Position numbers and translations under genes: made by a program. This document shows, in pieces, positions 11,299-22,705 of a stretch of 64,000 bases of DNA. The notes below the pieces were generated by a model. That model did not search any database. It was not told the DNA's origin and was given only the letters and a program-made list of their open reading frames with translations. Within the stretch, counting starts at the first letter, position 1, and every line of letters begins with the position of its first letter. Origin of the DNA: TPA_inf: Saccharomyces. Lineage: Eukaryota. Location of the stretch: positions 448,001 to 512,000 of the forward strand of contig BK006934.2 in the NCBI GenBank assembly GCA_000146045.2, given 5' to 3'.

Positions 11299-13530
11299 AT
11301 GGATGGTCCCAATTTTGCACATCAAGGCGGGAGATCACAACGTACTACTGAATTGTATTCGTGCGCACGATGCAGAAAATTAAAGAAGAAGTGTGGTAAA
11401 CAAATACCGACATGTGCAAACTGCGATAAAAATGGGGCACACTGTTCATATCCAGGTAGAGCCCCAAGACGTACCAAGAAGGAGTTAGCGGATGCTATGC
11501 TACGAGGGGAATATGTTCCAGTGAAAAGGAACAAGAAGGTAGGAAAAAGCCCATTGAGCACTAAGAGCATGCCAAACTCTTCTAGTCCGCTATCCGCAAA
11601 TGGCGCTATAACTCCCGGGTTTTCGCCTTACGAAAACGATGATGCACATAAGATGAAACAGCTAAAACCGTCAGATCCAATAAATCTTGTCATGGGGGCA
11701 AGTCCAAATTCTAGCGAAGGTGTCTCATCGCTAATTTCGGTGCTAACATCGCTGAATGATAATTCTAATCCTTCTTCGCACTTATCCTCTAATGAAAATT
11801 CCATGATTCCTTCCCGATCATTGCCAGCTTCCGTGCAGCAAAGTTCGACAACTTCATCATTCGGAGGATATAACACGCCTTCACCACTAATTAGCAGTCA
11901 TGTGCCTGCGAACGCCCAAGCCGTACCGCTACAAAACAACAATCGCAATACTAGCAACGGGGATAACGGCAGTAATGTTAACCACGATAATAACAATGGC
12001 AGTACCAACACACCGCAATTGAGTCTTACCCCATATGCAAACAATTCAGCCCCCAATGGGAAATTCGATTCTGTGCCGGTTGATGCATCCTCGATCGAAT
12101 TTGAAACTATGTCCTGTTGCTTTAAAGGTGGTAGAACAACATCGTGGGTCAGAGAGGATGGCTCGTTCAAGTCAATTGATAGATCCTTACTGGACAGGTT
12201 CATTGCCGCATACTTCAAACACAATCACCGTCTATTTCCCATGATTGATAAAATAGCATTCCTAAATGACGCCGCGACAATTACTGATTTCGAAAGGTTA
12301 TATGACAACAAAAACTACCCTGACAGCTTTGTTTTCAAAGTATACATGATCATGGCTATTGGTTGTACAACTTTACAGCGTGCTGGTATGGTTTCTCAGG
12401 ACGAAGAGTGTCTGAGTGAACATTTGGCTTTTTTGGCCATGAAAAAATTTCGTAGTGTTATAATTTTACAAGATATCGAAACTGTACGATGCCTATTGTT
12501 GTTGGGTATTTATTCGTTTTTTGAGCCAAAGGGCTCCTCGTCATGGACAATTAGTGGTATCATCATGCGATTGACCATAGGATTAGGTTTAAATAGAGAG
12601 TTAACTGCCAAAAAACTCAAGAGCATGTCTGCTTTAGAAGCAGAGGCAAGATATAGAGTGTTTTGGAGTGCTTACTGCTTTGAAAGGCTAGTATGCACCT
12701 CGTTGGGCCGTATATCCGGGATCGACGACGAAGACATCACTGTGCCACTACCGAGGGCGTTGTATGTGGATGAAAGAGACGATTTAGAGATGACCAAGTT
12801 GATGATATCATTAAGGAAAATGGGCGGTCGCATTTATAAACAAGTCCACTCTGTAAGTGCAGGGCGACAAAAGTTAACCATCGAACAAAAGCAGGAAATC
12901 ATAAGTGGATTACGCAAGGAGCTAGACGAAATTTATTCTCGAGAATCAGAAAGAAGGAAACTGAAAAAATCTCAAATGGATCAGGTGGAGAGGGAGAACA
13001 ATTCTACTACAAATGTAATATCCTTCCATAGTTCTGAGATTTGGCTAGCAATGAGATACTCCCAGTTGCAAATCTTACTATACAGACCATCTGCATTGAT
13101 GCCAAAACCGCCCATTGACTCACTATCCACTCTAGGAGAGTTTTGCTTGCAAGCCTGGAAACATACTTATACACTGTACAAGAAGCGGTTATTACCCTTG
13201 AACTGGATAACCCTTTTCAGAACATTAACCATTTGTAACACTATCTTATACTGTCTTTGCCAGTGGAGCATCGACCTCATTGAAAGTAAAATCGAAATTC
13301 AACAGTGTGTGGAAATACTAAGACATTTCGGTGAAAGATGGATTTTTGCTATGAGATGCGCGGATGTTTTCCAAAACATTAGCAACACAATTCTCGATAT
13401 TAGTTTAAGCCATGGTAAAGTTCCTAATATGGACCAATTAACAAGAGAGTTATTTGGCGCCAGCGATTCATATCAAGACATATTAGACGAAAACAATGTT
13501 GACGTCTCTTGGGTTGATAAACTTGTATGA
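11299..13530 (+). CDS. STB5: Zn(II)2Cys6 zinc-cluster transcription factor, 743 aa (regulator of oxidative stress, the pentose phosphate pathway and multidrug resistance)
   Basis: The N-terminal CARCRKLKKKCGKQIPTCANCDKNGAHCSY is a Zn2Cys6 cluster. A fungal transcription-factor middle homology region follows. The 743-aa length and position match YHR178W. Confidence 0.9.
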   Translation: MDGPNFAHQGGRSQRTTELYSCARCRKLKKKCGKQIPTCANCDKNGAHCSYPGRAPRRTKKELADAMLRGEYVPVKRNKKVGKSPLSTKSMPNSSSPLSANGAITPGFSPYENDDAHKMKQLKPSDPINLVMGASPNSSEGVSSLISVLTSLNDNSNPSSHLSSNENSMIPSRSLPASVQQSSTTSSFGGYNTPSPLISSHVPANAQAVPLQNNNRNTSNGDNGSNVNHDNNNGSTNTPQLSLTPYANNSAPNGKFDSVPVDASSIEFETMSCCFKGGRTTSWVREDGSFKSIDRSLLDRFIAAYFKHNHRLFPMIDKIAFLNDAATITDFERLYDNKNYPDSFVFKVYMIMAIGCTTLQRAGMVSQDEECLSEHLAFLAMKKFRSVIILQDIETVRCLLLLGIYSFFEPKGSSSWTISGIIMRLTIGLGLNRELTAKKLKSMSALEAEARYRVFWSAYCFERLVCTSLGRISGIDDEDITVPLPRALYVDERDDLEMTKLMISLRKMGGRIYKQVHSVSAGRQKLTIEQKQEIISGLRKELDEIYSRESERRKLKKSQMDQVERENNSTTNVISFHSSEIWLAMRYSQLQILLYRPSALMPKPPIDSLSTLGEFCLQAWKHTYTLYKKRLLPLNWITLFRTLTICNTILYCLCQWSIDLIESKIEIQQCVEILRHFGERWIFAMRCADVFQNISNTILDISLSHGKVPNMDQLTRELFGASDSYQDILDENNVDVSWVDKLV

Positions 13531-14006
13531 CATATGTTCACCGAGTTTTGTCATGTCGTCATACTATACGGCAGCGGCTTGTTGCTGCCGTTTAATGAAA
13601 CAGTTTTTTTCACGACAAGATTCTTCTATTGATTATTCACATATGTATTTTAATGAAAAATGAGTACTTTATAACACAACCCTAATGACAAATGAAAAAG
13701 TTGATTGCCATGAACTCTTAAAGCGATTTATGAGAACAATTAATTGATTATATATATATATCTTTGCAATTATGTCGTTTGTTGCAAGATGCTTCTGAAA
13801 GTAAGTAACTCTATAAGATAGATAATGCTACAAGACGCCAAACGCAAGTGAGTAAGAAATAAGAGCTGGCAGGTCTTCGCCGGAACACTATCATCAAAAT
13901 CACTACAATTTAGCGGCTTAGCACAATACGCGTTTTCAACTTCCTACGCTAGCGATGACAAAATGTCTCCAAGAGGCGGAACTTGCGACGGATGCATGGA
14001 AATATC

Positions 14007-14014
14007 TTACGTAA
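14007..14014. promoter_or_regulatory. Palindromic TTACGTAA (Yap/bZIP-type response element) in the OYE2 promoter, about 490 bp upstream of the ATG
   Basis: The motif is read directly in the sequence. A Yap1 (AP-1) assignment rests on established knowledge that Yap factors bind TTAC/GTAA half-sites, and on inference that OYE2 is an oxidative-stress target. Confidence 0.35.
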
Positions 14015-14040
14015 TGAACTTCCGTAATGAACTTCCGTAA
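14011..14040. repeat. Tandem direct repeat of a 13-bp unit (GTAATGAACTTCC), about 2.3 copies, overlapping the TTACGTAA site
   Basis: gtaatgaacttcc gtaatgaacttcc gtaa is read directly in the sequence. Confidence 0.7.
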
Positions 14041-14378
14041 TTCAAGATCTCTTAGCATCTCTTGTTCAATCTTCAGACTCTACTAAGTGTTCTTACCAAC
14101 CATTGGATGCTCATTACAAATGAATGAATATATTGCACGGAACGGAAGCGGCATGCTTTTTCCGTCTCGTGTGCTTAGTAAAGCAAAACGGAGTAGAATC
14201 GGTAAGAACTTCCTTTTTGGGTTGGAAAATCATTGCCATTGTTTGGACACCTTTCTTTTTCCGTATTGTTCGAGCACCGCGTTTCTTTTTGGGTACTTGA
14301 TGAGGTAGCAGATTCCTGGAACGTGCTTTCTCTCGAGGTAACCTGCCTTGTTCCTCCTGGTGACTTTCTAAAATATAA

Positions 14379-15704
<1,326 letters not shown>

Positions 15705-15914
15705 TAGTGTTAACCGTACTTTGTAGCACCATTTCTTTTTCTTCTAATTTATATAATTAATGAATATATATATTTGGGATAAATAGCCTTTAATGAAATA
15801 TTAACAGAACTTTTTTGCTTGGGCAGCAACAGATTTATATCTTTGTGGAAAGGAGTAAACTGGGCTTTCACTTTAGATCATTATTCACATAAACTTCTTT
15901 TAGAATATGTTTGA

Positions 15915-16152
15915 ATGTAAATCCACAAAATGGAATCGGTCATTCTACATCATGAATATTAATTTACCTTCTTTCCTTTTATATGCTGTCATTCATCATC
16001 CTATTACATTATCAATCGTTGCATTTCAGCTTCCATTAATTTCGACGACTGTGTCCCAATCCTATGTCATCTTCTTACACCGCGTGTAATAATATAGTAG
16101 TAACATGACTACTAGTCACTATATGGTAGTTTATTTTTATCACAACAGATTG
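15915..16152 (+). mobile_element. Partial (5'-truncated) sigma-like LTR fragment, about 240 bp, in + orientation and ending in ...CACAACA
   Basis: It is near-identical (about 85-90% by eye) to the 3' part of the sigma element at 18571..18975 on the opposite strand. The matching blocks are cctattacattatcaatc...ttcagc, gtcccaatcctatgtcatcttcttacaccgc and tgtaataatata. Confidence 0.6.
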
Positions 16153-17177
16153 AAGTGTGCAGAGTTTATATCCCTGCGTTTTATATTGATTAGTAGCATA
16201 ATGTAGGAAGTTGATATGAATCTGAGAGTGTGACCATATGGTGGTAGAAATGAGTTTAGGTACAATATTAAATGCGATGTCAAAATTCCAAAGTATACGC
16301 TCGCACCCACGCCCACTTTCTTCCAATATACTACGATATAAATTTATGTTACTATATGTGCGACAGTTTCTACTGCAGACGTGGATTGAGAACACGTAAA
16401 GTTTGTGCTGGGTAGAAATTGAAAGGATATCCCCTTAACGGCTGTGCTACCGTTTATGTTCGTCCTTATCCTCTCCTGTTAAACTGTTATAAAAATCGTT
16501 ACATATCTTGCATTCTGTGACCAAGTATTTGTTGGCCTTAGATTTATATTAGGGCCATTGCAATTAAACTGGCTTCAGTTCTCAATGAACGAAGGATTTT
16601 TGGCACGCTAAAACTGGTGTGAAGGTATTGCACATTCAAATAGGCTCTTTTATTGATTTGTCTTGAAAGCTTTTGGAATAAGATCTAGAATAAGGACTAC
16701 CCGAAAAAGAACAGGATACCCAGTAAAAACGCTATTGGGTACCTAGAGAAGCTGGTTTGTCACTGTCCACACAAAATGCCCTAATAACATTCTGAAAGGT
16801 TCTGACCGTACATCTTCGCCTGCGGTTGCATTGAGGTCGCCTCGGTCATAAAGTGAATATGCGACCCGATGGTTGCTCAAATGTTAAATGCAGGTAAAAA
16901 ATAAGACCCCAGGAATTAAATAGTAAGATTTAATATATATATATATAACGGGCACAATTCGTTCATCAAACATGCAGCGGAGTTTCAAATTTGCTATAAT
17001 ATAGAACATGTTTAATTCAACCAATCGAAACGTACAGGCGCACACTATATTCAAGCAGTAAAACTACTATCTGAACATTGAGGTCGAATATATATATTAT
17101 AGGCATAAAATCTCCTACCAAACTTGCATCAAACCTCTAAAATTACTATTATATATTCAACTTATTTAACGTGCCCA

Positions 17178-17669
17178 ATGGAAATGCACTGGATAACCCT
17201 CGTTGCATTTATTGCTACATTCTTCAACCTAGCTGCTACCTCGATCAACAATAGTTCCCTCCCTGATGTTGATCTTACTAATCCTTTGAGATTCTTCACT
17301 AACATTCCAGCAGGACTTAATTTTAATGAAGTCATTTTTCTCGAAAGAAACGGATTCTATCTTGGTGGAATAGACTCTCCCTCAATCTACCACTTAATAA
17401 ATGGTACAGCTGTGTATTTTGGGGATGTCAGAGATAATATCATGCCGGGTACAGTTGGCACTACTAGGAATGTTACAGATGTCGACTATGGCTCCTTACT
17501 GACAGAGTATGGTTATGAAGCTAATACAGATTATGTCTCGCGTTGGATCGCCACTCATGTAGTAATCTCTCCATTGAATGCTACAGAGTTTTTCCAAACA
17601 CCCGTGCCAGTACCAGTGCCAGTGCCGATAACAATACTGCACCAACAGGTGAACTCAAAACTACATTAG
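17178..17669 (+). CDS. YHR180W: Hypothetical/dubious ORF, 163 aa, no recognisable domain, ending in a VPVPVPVP repeat
   Basis: The track ORF 17124..17669 starts at TTG. The first ATG at 17178 gives 163 aa, consistent with the annotated dubious ORF YHR180W. It is flanked by LTR fragments and lacks strong codon bias. Confidence 0.35.
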   Translation: MEMHWITLVAFIATFFNLAATSINNSSLPDVDLTNPLRFFTNIPAGLNFNEVIFLERNGFYLGGIDSPSIYHLINGTAVYFGDVRDNIMPGTVGTTRNVTDVDYGSLLTEYGYEANTDYVSRWIATHVVISPLNATEFFQTPVPVPVPVPITILHQQVNSKLH

Positions 17670-17799
17670 TCAGGACCCGTTCAGCCCGTTAATCGTGGGA
17701 ATCTCTGTACTGAGGGTCAACTAGTGTATGCGACTGTGATTCAGATAATACCTTAAGCGTCGAAACCTCATACCCCCTCATCTGGCTCGGGAGCCAGTA

Positions 17800-17802
<3 letters not shown>

Positions 17803-17838
<36 letters not shown>
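17803..17838. repeat. (TA)18 dinucleotide microsatellite
   Basis: tatatatatatatatatatatatatatatatatatata is read directly in the sequence. Confidence 0.95.
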
Positions 17839-17841
<3 letters not shown>

Positions 17842-18570
17842 TCCTAAAATACTCTCACACAGAAGCACAATAATGAGTGACGCAAATGCAATTTATGACT
17901 AATTCATCACCAAAGAGAAATATGCAGCGTTAACTCTCAATCTAAGAATATGTAACAGATTTTAATCTCACGAACTAGCGACTTTAATTGTTGTACCTTA
18001 TTCCTTAGTAACGTTAGTAGTGTCTAATATTTTACTAGACGGTGCCACGATTTCAGAGATGTTAGATCAAAATTCCTTTCTTAAGAACAAGGATATGGCA
18101 AAGTATGGTAAACAAGACGTACAAGAGTGTTAAAGATAATGCATAGAACACGCTCAGTGTAAGCAAGATTAGTACAACTGCTGATCTGGAGCCAAGACAA
18201 CAAATATCACATCCCGTTTGTCATGTTAAAGATAGCTTATCATAAGTTAGCTGAGACACTCAACCTCATATAAAACAAAAACTGATTATTTTGGTGAAAT
18301 AATGAATCTTAAAGCTTGATAGTATTTGTATTGAATTACTACTCACAAACTATTTAAAACATCAAGCCAAATATATGCGGAGCACAGAGAAATATTTGTG
18401 AATTATATCTTTTGTTGGAAAGACAAGCAACTATCCTAGCGACATTAGGATTGCCAAGACATCCGGTTTTATTCAGACCCTTACATCAGCAGCAGCACGT
18501 TCCATCTTTTCAAACTTCCTGCCAAACATTTATGAAGACATGAAACTCTAAAATGTCATCTATTTATAGT

Positions 18571-18975
18571 AGTCATATTACTATTATATTATTACATGCG
18601 GTGTAAGAAGATGACATAGGATTGGGACACAGTCATCGAACTTAATGGACGCTGAAGTGCAAGGATTGATAATGTAATGGGATAATGAAACATATAAAAC
18701 GGAATGAGGAATAATCCTAATATTATCATGTAGAAATATCGATTCCATTTTGAGGATTCCTATATCCTCTAGGAGAACTTCTAGCATATTCTATATACCT
18801 AATATTATTGTCTTTGTGAACAATGGATTCCCACAAATTATCTCAAAATTCACAAATATCTCATTCTCGCATTCCAACAGTTATGTTACTCATTCTATTC
18901 GTTTGTTATGTGTGTTTTATGAACGTTTGGGATGACGTATTGTCATACTGACGTATCTTATTTTGAGATACAACA
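18571..18975 (-). mobile_element. Ty3 sigma solo LTR on the minus strand. Its 5' end (TGTTGTATCTCAAAAT...) lies 14 bp upstream of the tRNA-Thr gene.
   Basis: The reverse complement of 18945..18975 reads tgttgtatctcaaaataagatacgtcagtatgacaatacgtcatcc, the canonical sigma terminus. A tRNA-proximal position at roughly -16 bp is the hallmark of Ty3 integration. The distal boundary is uncertain, because similarity to the second copy ends near 18571 and no terminal CAACA is seen. Confidence 0.8.
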
Positions 18976-18989
18976 TAGTTGTATTTTTA

Positions 18990-19061
18990 GCCTCCTTAGC
19001 TTAGTGGTAGAGCGTTGCACTTGTAATGCAAAGGTCGCTAGTTCAATTCTGGCAGGTGGCA
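18990..19061 (+). tRNA. tT(UGU)H: tRNA-Thr, anticodon UGU, intronless, 72 nt, CCA not encoded
   Basis: The cloverleaf folds as GCCTCCT / TA / GCTT-AGTGGTA-GAGC / TTGCA-CTTGTAA-TGCAA / AGGTC / GCTAG-TTCAATT-CTGGC / AGGTGGC-A. A box TAGCTTAGTGG and B box GTTCAATTC are present. One T-T mismatch occurs in the acceptor stem as I folded it. Confidence 0.88.
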
Positions 19062-19075
19062 TTATACCGGTATTA

Positions 19076-19083
19076 TTTTTTTT
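19076..19083 (+). terminator. Pol III terminator T-run (T8) 14 nt downstream of tRNA-Thr
   Basis: tattattttttttccc is read directly in the sequence. Confidence 0.6.
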
Positions 19084-19227
19084 CCCTTTGTTCTTATTTC
19101 TCTATCATTTATAACTTTATGATTTTTTAAAGGTTGAATGGTCAATGTGAAAATTAAAACTAAAAACATATAGTTGACAAGTGAGAAAAAGAGCAAAAGG
19201 GAGAAAAGAAATTGTTAGAATAAAACC

Positions 19228-19914
19228 ATGCTGTTAGAATTGATTTCTTATGCAGGAACCGTTTCAGGGTTTCTTTTTTTAACACTTTCAATTGCATCGG
19301 GTTTATACTACATTAGTGAACTTGTTGAAGAACACACAGAACCCACAAGACGGTTTCTCACAAGGGCTATTTATGGTATAATATTAATATTAATTCTGCT
19401 ACTGTTACTAGACGGTTTCCCGTTCAAACTTACACTTTTTTCCATTGCATGTTACATAGTATATTACCAAAACTTAAAAAGTTTCCCATTTATTTCGTTA
19501 ACCAGCCCAACTTTCCTATTAAGCTGCGTATGTGTGGTCTTGAATCACTACTTCTGGTTCAAATATTTTAATGATACGGAAGTTCCCCCACAGTTCAAAT
19601 TTGATCCAAATTATATACCACGCAGACGTGCTAGTTTCGCTGAAGTAGCCTCATTTTTTGGTATATGCGTTTGGTTCATACCATTTGCCTTATTTGTTTC
19701 TCTGTCAGCTGGTGATTATGTGCTACCAACGACTAGTGAGCAACATATGGCTAAGAAAAATGATGACATCACAACGAACAACCAGCCAAAATTTCGTAAA
19801 AGGGCTGTTGGGTTAGCTCGTGTAGTCATCAACTCGGTAAGGAAGTACATCTACTCTCTAGCCCGTGTATTCGGTTATGAGATAGAACCTGACTTTGATA
19901 GATTGGCTGTTTAG
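19228..19914 (+). CDS. SVP26: Integral membrane protein of the early Golgi/COPII vesicles (TEX261 family cargo adaptor), 228 aa
   Basis: It is a 228-aa multi-pass membrane protein. The sequence and position match YHR181W. Confidence 0.88.
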   Translation: MLLELISYAGTVSGFLFLTLSIASGLYYISELVEEHTEPTRRFLTRAIYGIILILILLLLLDGFPFKLTLFSIACYIVYYQNLKSFPFISLTSPTFLLSCVCVVLNHYFWFKYFNDTEVPPQFKFDPNYIPRRRASFAEVASFFGICVWFIPFALFVSLSAGDYVLPTTSEQHMAKKNDDITTNNQPKFRKRAVGLARVVINSVRKYIYSLARVFGYEIEPDFDRLAV

Positions 19915-20218
19915 GATTGCCTTTTTTTTTAACATGTAGTTAGTTTTTCTTTATTTGAATATTCTAAATAAGAAATATGTGTAATGCTCTGCCAACTATT
20001 TTGCACAGGAAAGAAAAATCACCAATACAATACTACTATATTTTACCCAAGTTAATACGGGAAAGTATATTTTCTTTTCCATATTTTTCTTTTTTATTGA
20101 CGTTTGCATTTTTTAGAGCAACTAGTAAACAAAAAACCAGTCAGGCCCAGTAGATTAAGTATTGTCATTACATAGACAAAGGCAAGAGAAAGAGAGCATT
20201 TTCTTTCGGTCTCTAGTT

Positions 20219-22576
20219 ATGTCTGTTAAAGAGCATAACGAAGAAGATATTATTGGTGATGAATTACAGAATTCGAGGCAACTCTCCATTGATTGCGACT
20301 CAGTTAAAATTTCACTAAGGAACACATATTGGACCAAAGACTATACAACAGGTATCAAATTATTCATAAAACATATGAAGAGAGAAAATGATTTGCTGAT
20401 TAAAGACATCAAATTTTACAATGATTTTGTCAACAAATTTTGGAAACCAACATTGAACAATTTACAAAAAATGGAAGCAACCAATTCAATGAATAGCAGG
20501 CTGCTGGAAGTGATGAGCAAACAGTTTAATATAATATCAACAGAGCAAGTTGAAAGAGATTGTAAAATTCCATTGCAAGAACTAAGAGATCTTAATGAGA
20601 GCTTCCTTCGTGAGGCAGAAAACGATTTGTCATCTCGTTATTCAGCTTACATTAAGGATTTAGTCGCAGCTAAAGAGGCACTAATTGGATGTGAGAAAAG
20701 AGTTCAGTCTATATATAAATTGAAAAAAGCCAATACGCCAGTGGAAAATTCTTCCTCTGTTTTTGATAATGGAAAGGATAGTGCACCGTTAACCAGGTTG
20801 AACTTCGTATGCGAGTTTCCTTACACTTTAGACGAGAGGTTAAAATTTGAGGATTGCGACCAATTTATGTCATTTTTGCAAACCTTGAAGGGAAAAGTCA
20901 TCCTGGAGAAAAGTGTCTTTTCCGTTCCAGGATTGTCAAATCAAAGTTTCCAAGGCAGGTCATTGATCAAAGAATTGAAAAAACTTGAACCCAGACTAAA
21001 CCTGTCCTTATTTAATATCGATAGGATAGGTAACGAATTCATCCAACTGGGTATAATACAAGAATATTCCCTGAGTTTTTACTCTAGCAAAGTTTCTCAG
21101 TTTGACCAGGAAAAATACTATTACTGGAACAGTGAAGTCCTTGCTACGCAAGAGAGTAATGGTAATGCTGGAAACAGAAAAAAAAAATCGTATGGTGAGT
21201 TAACACACTCCGACAATGAACACGAAGAAAAGTCCAACGTTTCATCTATCAAAACATCTATATCCGATTGGATCCGCAAAGTTAGTCAACATGATAATGA
21301 TGATTGCGATGCAGCGGGAAGTACAGATATGAATAAAAATGAGTGGAAGAGTTTAAAACAGCAACTTGAATCATCACAAGATATTTTTTTCTCCAAGTGT
21401 TGCCAGTTGGAATATTCTAAAGTGCAGTTGGAAAAAACCATTTATGATTATTGTAAAAATTACTCTAAAATGGAGGACGGAATCAAACGAGCTCTAGAAT
21501 CATCAAACATGATGTTTCAACAAAAATGTGAAAAATTTACTGACTCACCTGTGTGTTCTCTACAAGAAGCACAACTGCCACAGGAAACTGCCAATGCGGA
21601 TGTAAGAGGGTTTTTCCTCAGGGATAATGGCATACCCTTTCGCAGGTGGAATATCCTAGAAGCGAGTGATCCAGTCGACGCTTGCAAAGAAATCTCCATA
21701 AAAAGCGAAAAGTTTTTCTGTGGTAGTGAAATAAATAATGAACTGGCTGCTCTTGATACGTTAGGGGCAATAAAGATTATACTGCGGCAGATTGAAAAGG
21801 AACCAAATGCTAATAAAGTCATACAAAGTTGGCACAGGGATATTGATTTTGTAAGGGTTTCTAATTTGAAAAGAGACTTATTGGGGGAATTCAAAGGATC
21901 GAAAACTACCGAAAATACAAACTCTATAATCACTGCTCATTTTTTTGAAAACTCGCACAGCTATGTCACTAATGATCTCGTCGGACTGATAAAATTATGG
22001 CTGTTAGAGCTACCCGACAGCCTAATACCTTCAAACCACTACGATGACTTAATTAAGGCCGAAAAATCGCTAACATCCCTATGTGAACAGTTTCCGACGA
22101 GCTCCTTAAGGTTTCTACAAGAACTAGCAAACCATTTTCAATTGATCAATAGCAAATACTCACTTCCGCCGCAAACAATACAAGATTTGTTTAGAGACAA
22201 CAGTGACATAGACATACCATTGGCCCATCACTTCGTAAGAAGAACAGGCTTACAGAACCCTATCGACATCAAAATCTTGTCACCAACATTATCTACATTT
22301 TTCATCAACGAAAGAACTGTAGAAACTTTGCAAACGTTGATCGCAAACAGGATCACGACGGCAACTACTGCGACACTCACTGAACCGCCGACGATAATTA
22401 TAAAGGATACAACGGCACCTATACACTCTACCCCTAAGCCACCGCCAAACGACAAGGATGGCCATTTCATACCTCGGCCATTCAAGACTAGTTCTACTCC
22501 GACAACCCCAGAGAGACCTAAACGTAAGAGTGGTTTATTCCTTCCCATCAACGTCAACGATGTCCCTTCTACATAA
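20219..22576 (+). CDS. YHR182W: RhoGAP-domain protein with an N-terminal F-BAR-like region, 785 aa
   Basis: The track ORF 20162..22576 starts at TTG. The ATG at 20219 (MSVKEHNEED...) gives 785 aa. The RhoGAP region lies around ...LIKLWLLELPDSLIP.... The C-terminus is S/T/P-rich. Confidence 0.8.
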   Translation: MSVKEHNEEDIIGDELQNSRQLSIDCDSVKISLRNTYWTKDYTTGIKLFIKHMKRENDLLIKDIKFYNDFVNKFWKPTLNNLQKMEATNSMNSRLLEVMSKQFNIISTEQVERDCKIPLQELRDLNESFLREAENDLSSRYSAYIKDLVAAKEALIGCEKRVQSIYKLKKANTPVENSSSVFDNGKDSAPLTRLNFVCEFPYTLDERLKFEDCDQFMSFLQTLKGKVILEKSVFSVPGLSNQSFQGRSLIKELKKLEPRLNLSLFNIDRIGNEFIQLGIIQEYSLSFYSSKVSQFDQEKYYYWNSEVLATQESNGNAGNRKKKSYGELTHSDNEHEEKSNVSSIKTSISDWIRKVSQHDNDDCDAAGSTDMNKNEWKSLKQQLESSQDIFFSKCCQLEYSKVQLEKTIYDYCKNYSKMEDGIKRALESSNMMFQQKCEKFTDSPVCSLQEAQLPQETANADVRGFFLRDNGIPFRRWNILEASDPVDACKEISIKSEKFFCGSEINNELAALDTLGAIKIILRQIEKEPNANKVIQSWHRDIDFVRVSNLKRDLLGEFKGSKTTENTNSIITAHFFENSHSYVTNDLVGLIKLWLLELPDSLIPSNHYDDLIKAEKSLTSLCEQFPTSSLRFLQELANHFQLINSKYSLPPQTIQDLFRDNSDIDIPLAHHFVRRTGLQNPIDIKILSPTLSTFFINERTVETLQTLIANRITTATTATLTEPPTIIIKDTTAPIHSTPKPPPNDKDGHFIPRPFKTSSTPTTPERPKRKSGLFLPINVNDVPST

Positions 22577-22676
22577 CTCCATGCATGCTACATAGTAACT
22601 ACGTAAATCACCTGCTACCTCTCTGTTCTTTCGTCCCGCCTCGAGGTTGTGCTGCTTTTGTACCTATTGTGGCTGT

Positions 22677-22705
22677 CGGTGTTACATTACGGTGCCTCGG
22701 TGTTA
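22677..22705 (+). promoter_or_regulatory. Two direct copies of CGGTGTTA (22677..22684 and 22698..22705), fitting the Stb5 consensus CGGNSNTA, inside a GC-rich island in the GND1 promoter
   Basis: The motifs are read directly in the sequence. The Stb5 assignment comes from my memory of the published consensus and of GND1 as a pentose-phosphate-pathway target of Stb5. Confidence 0.4.
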
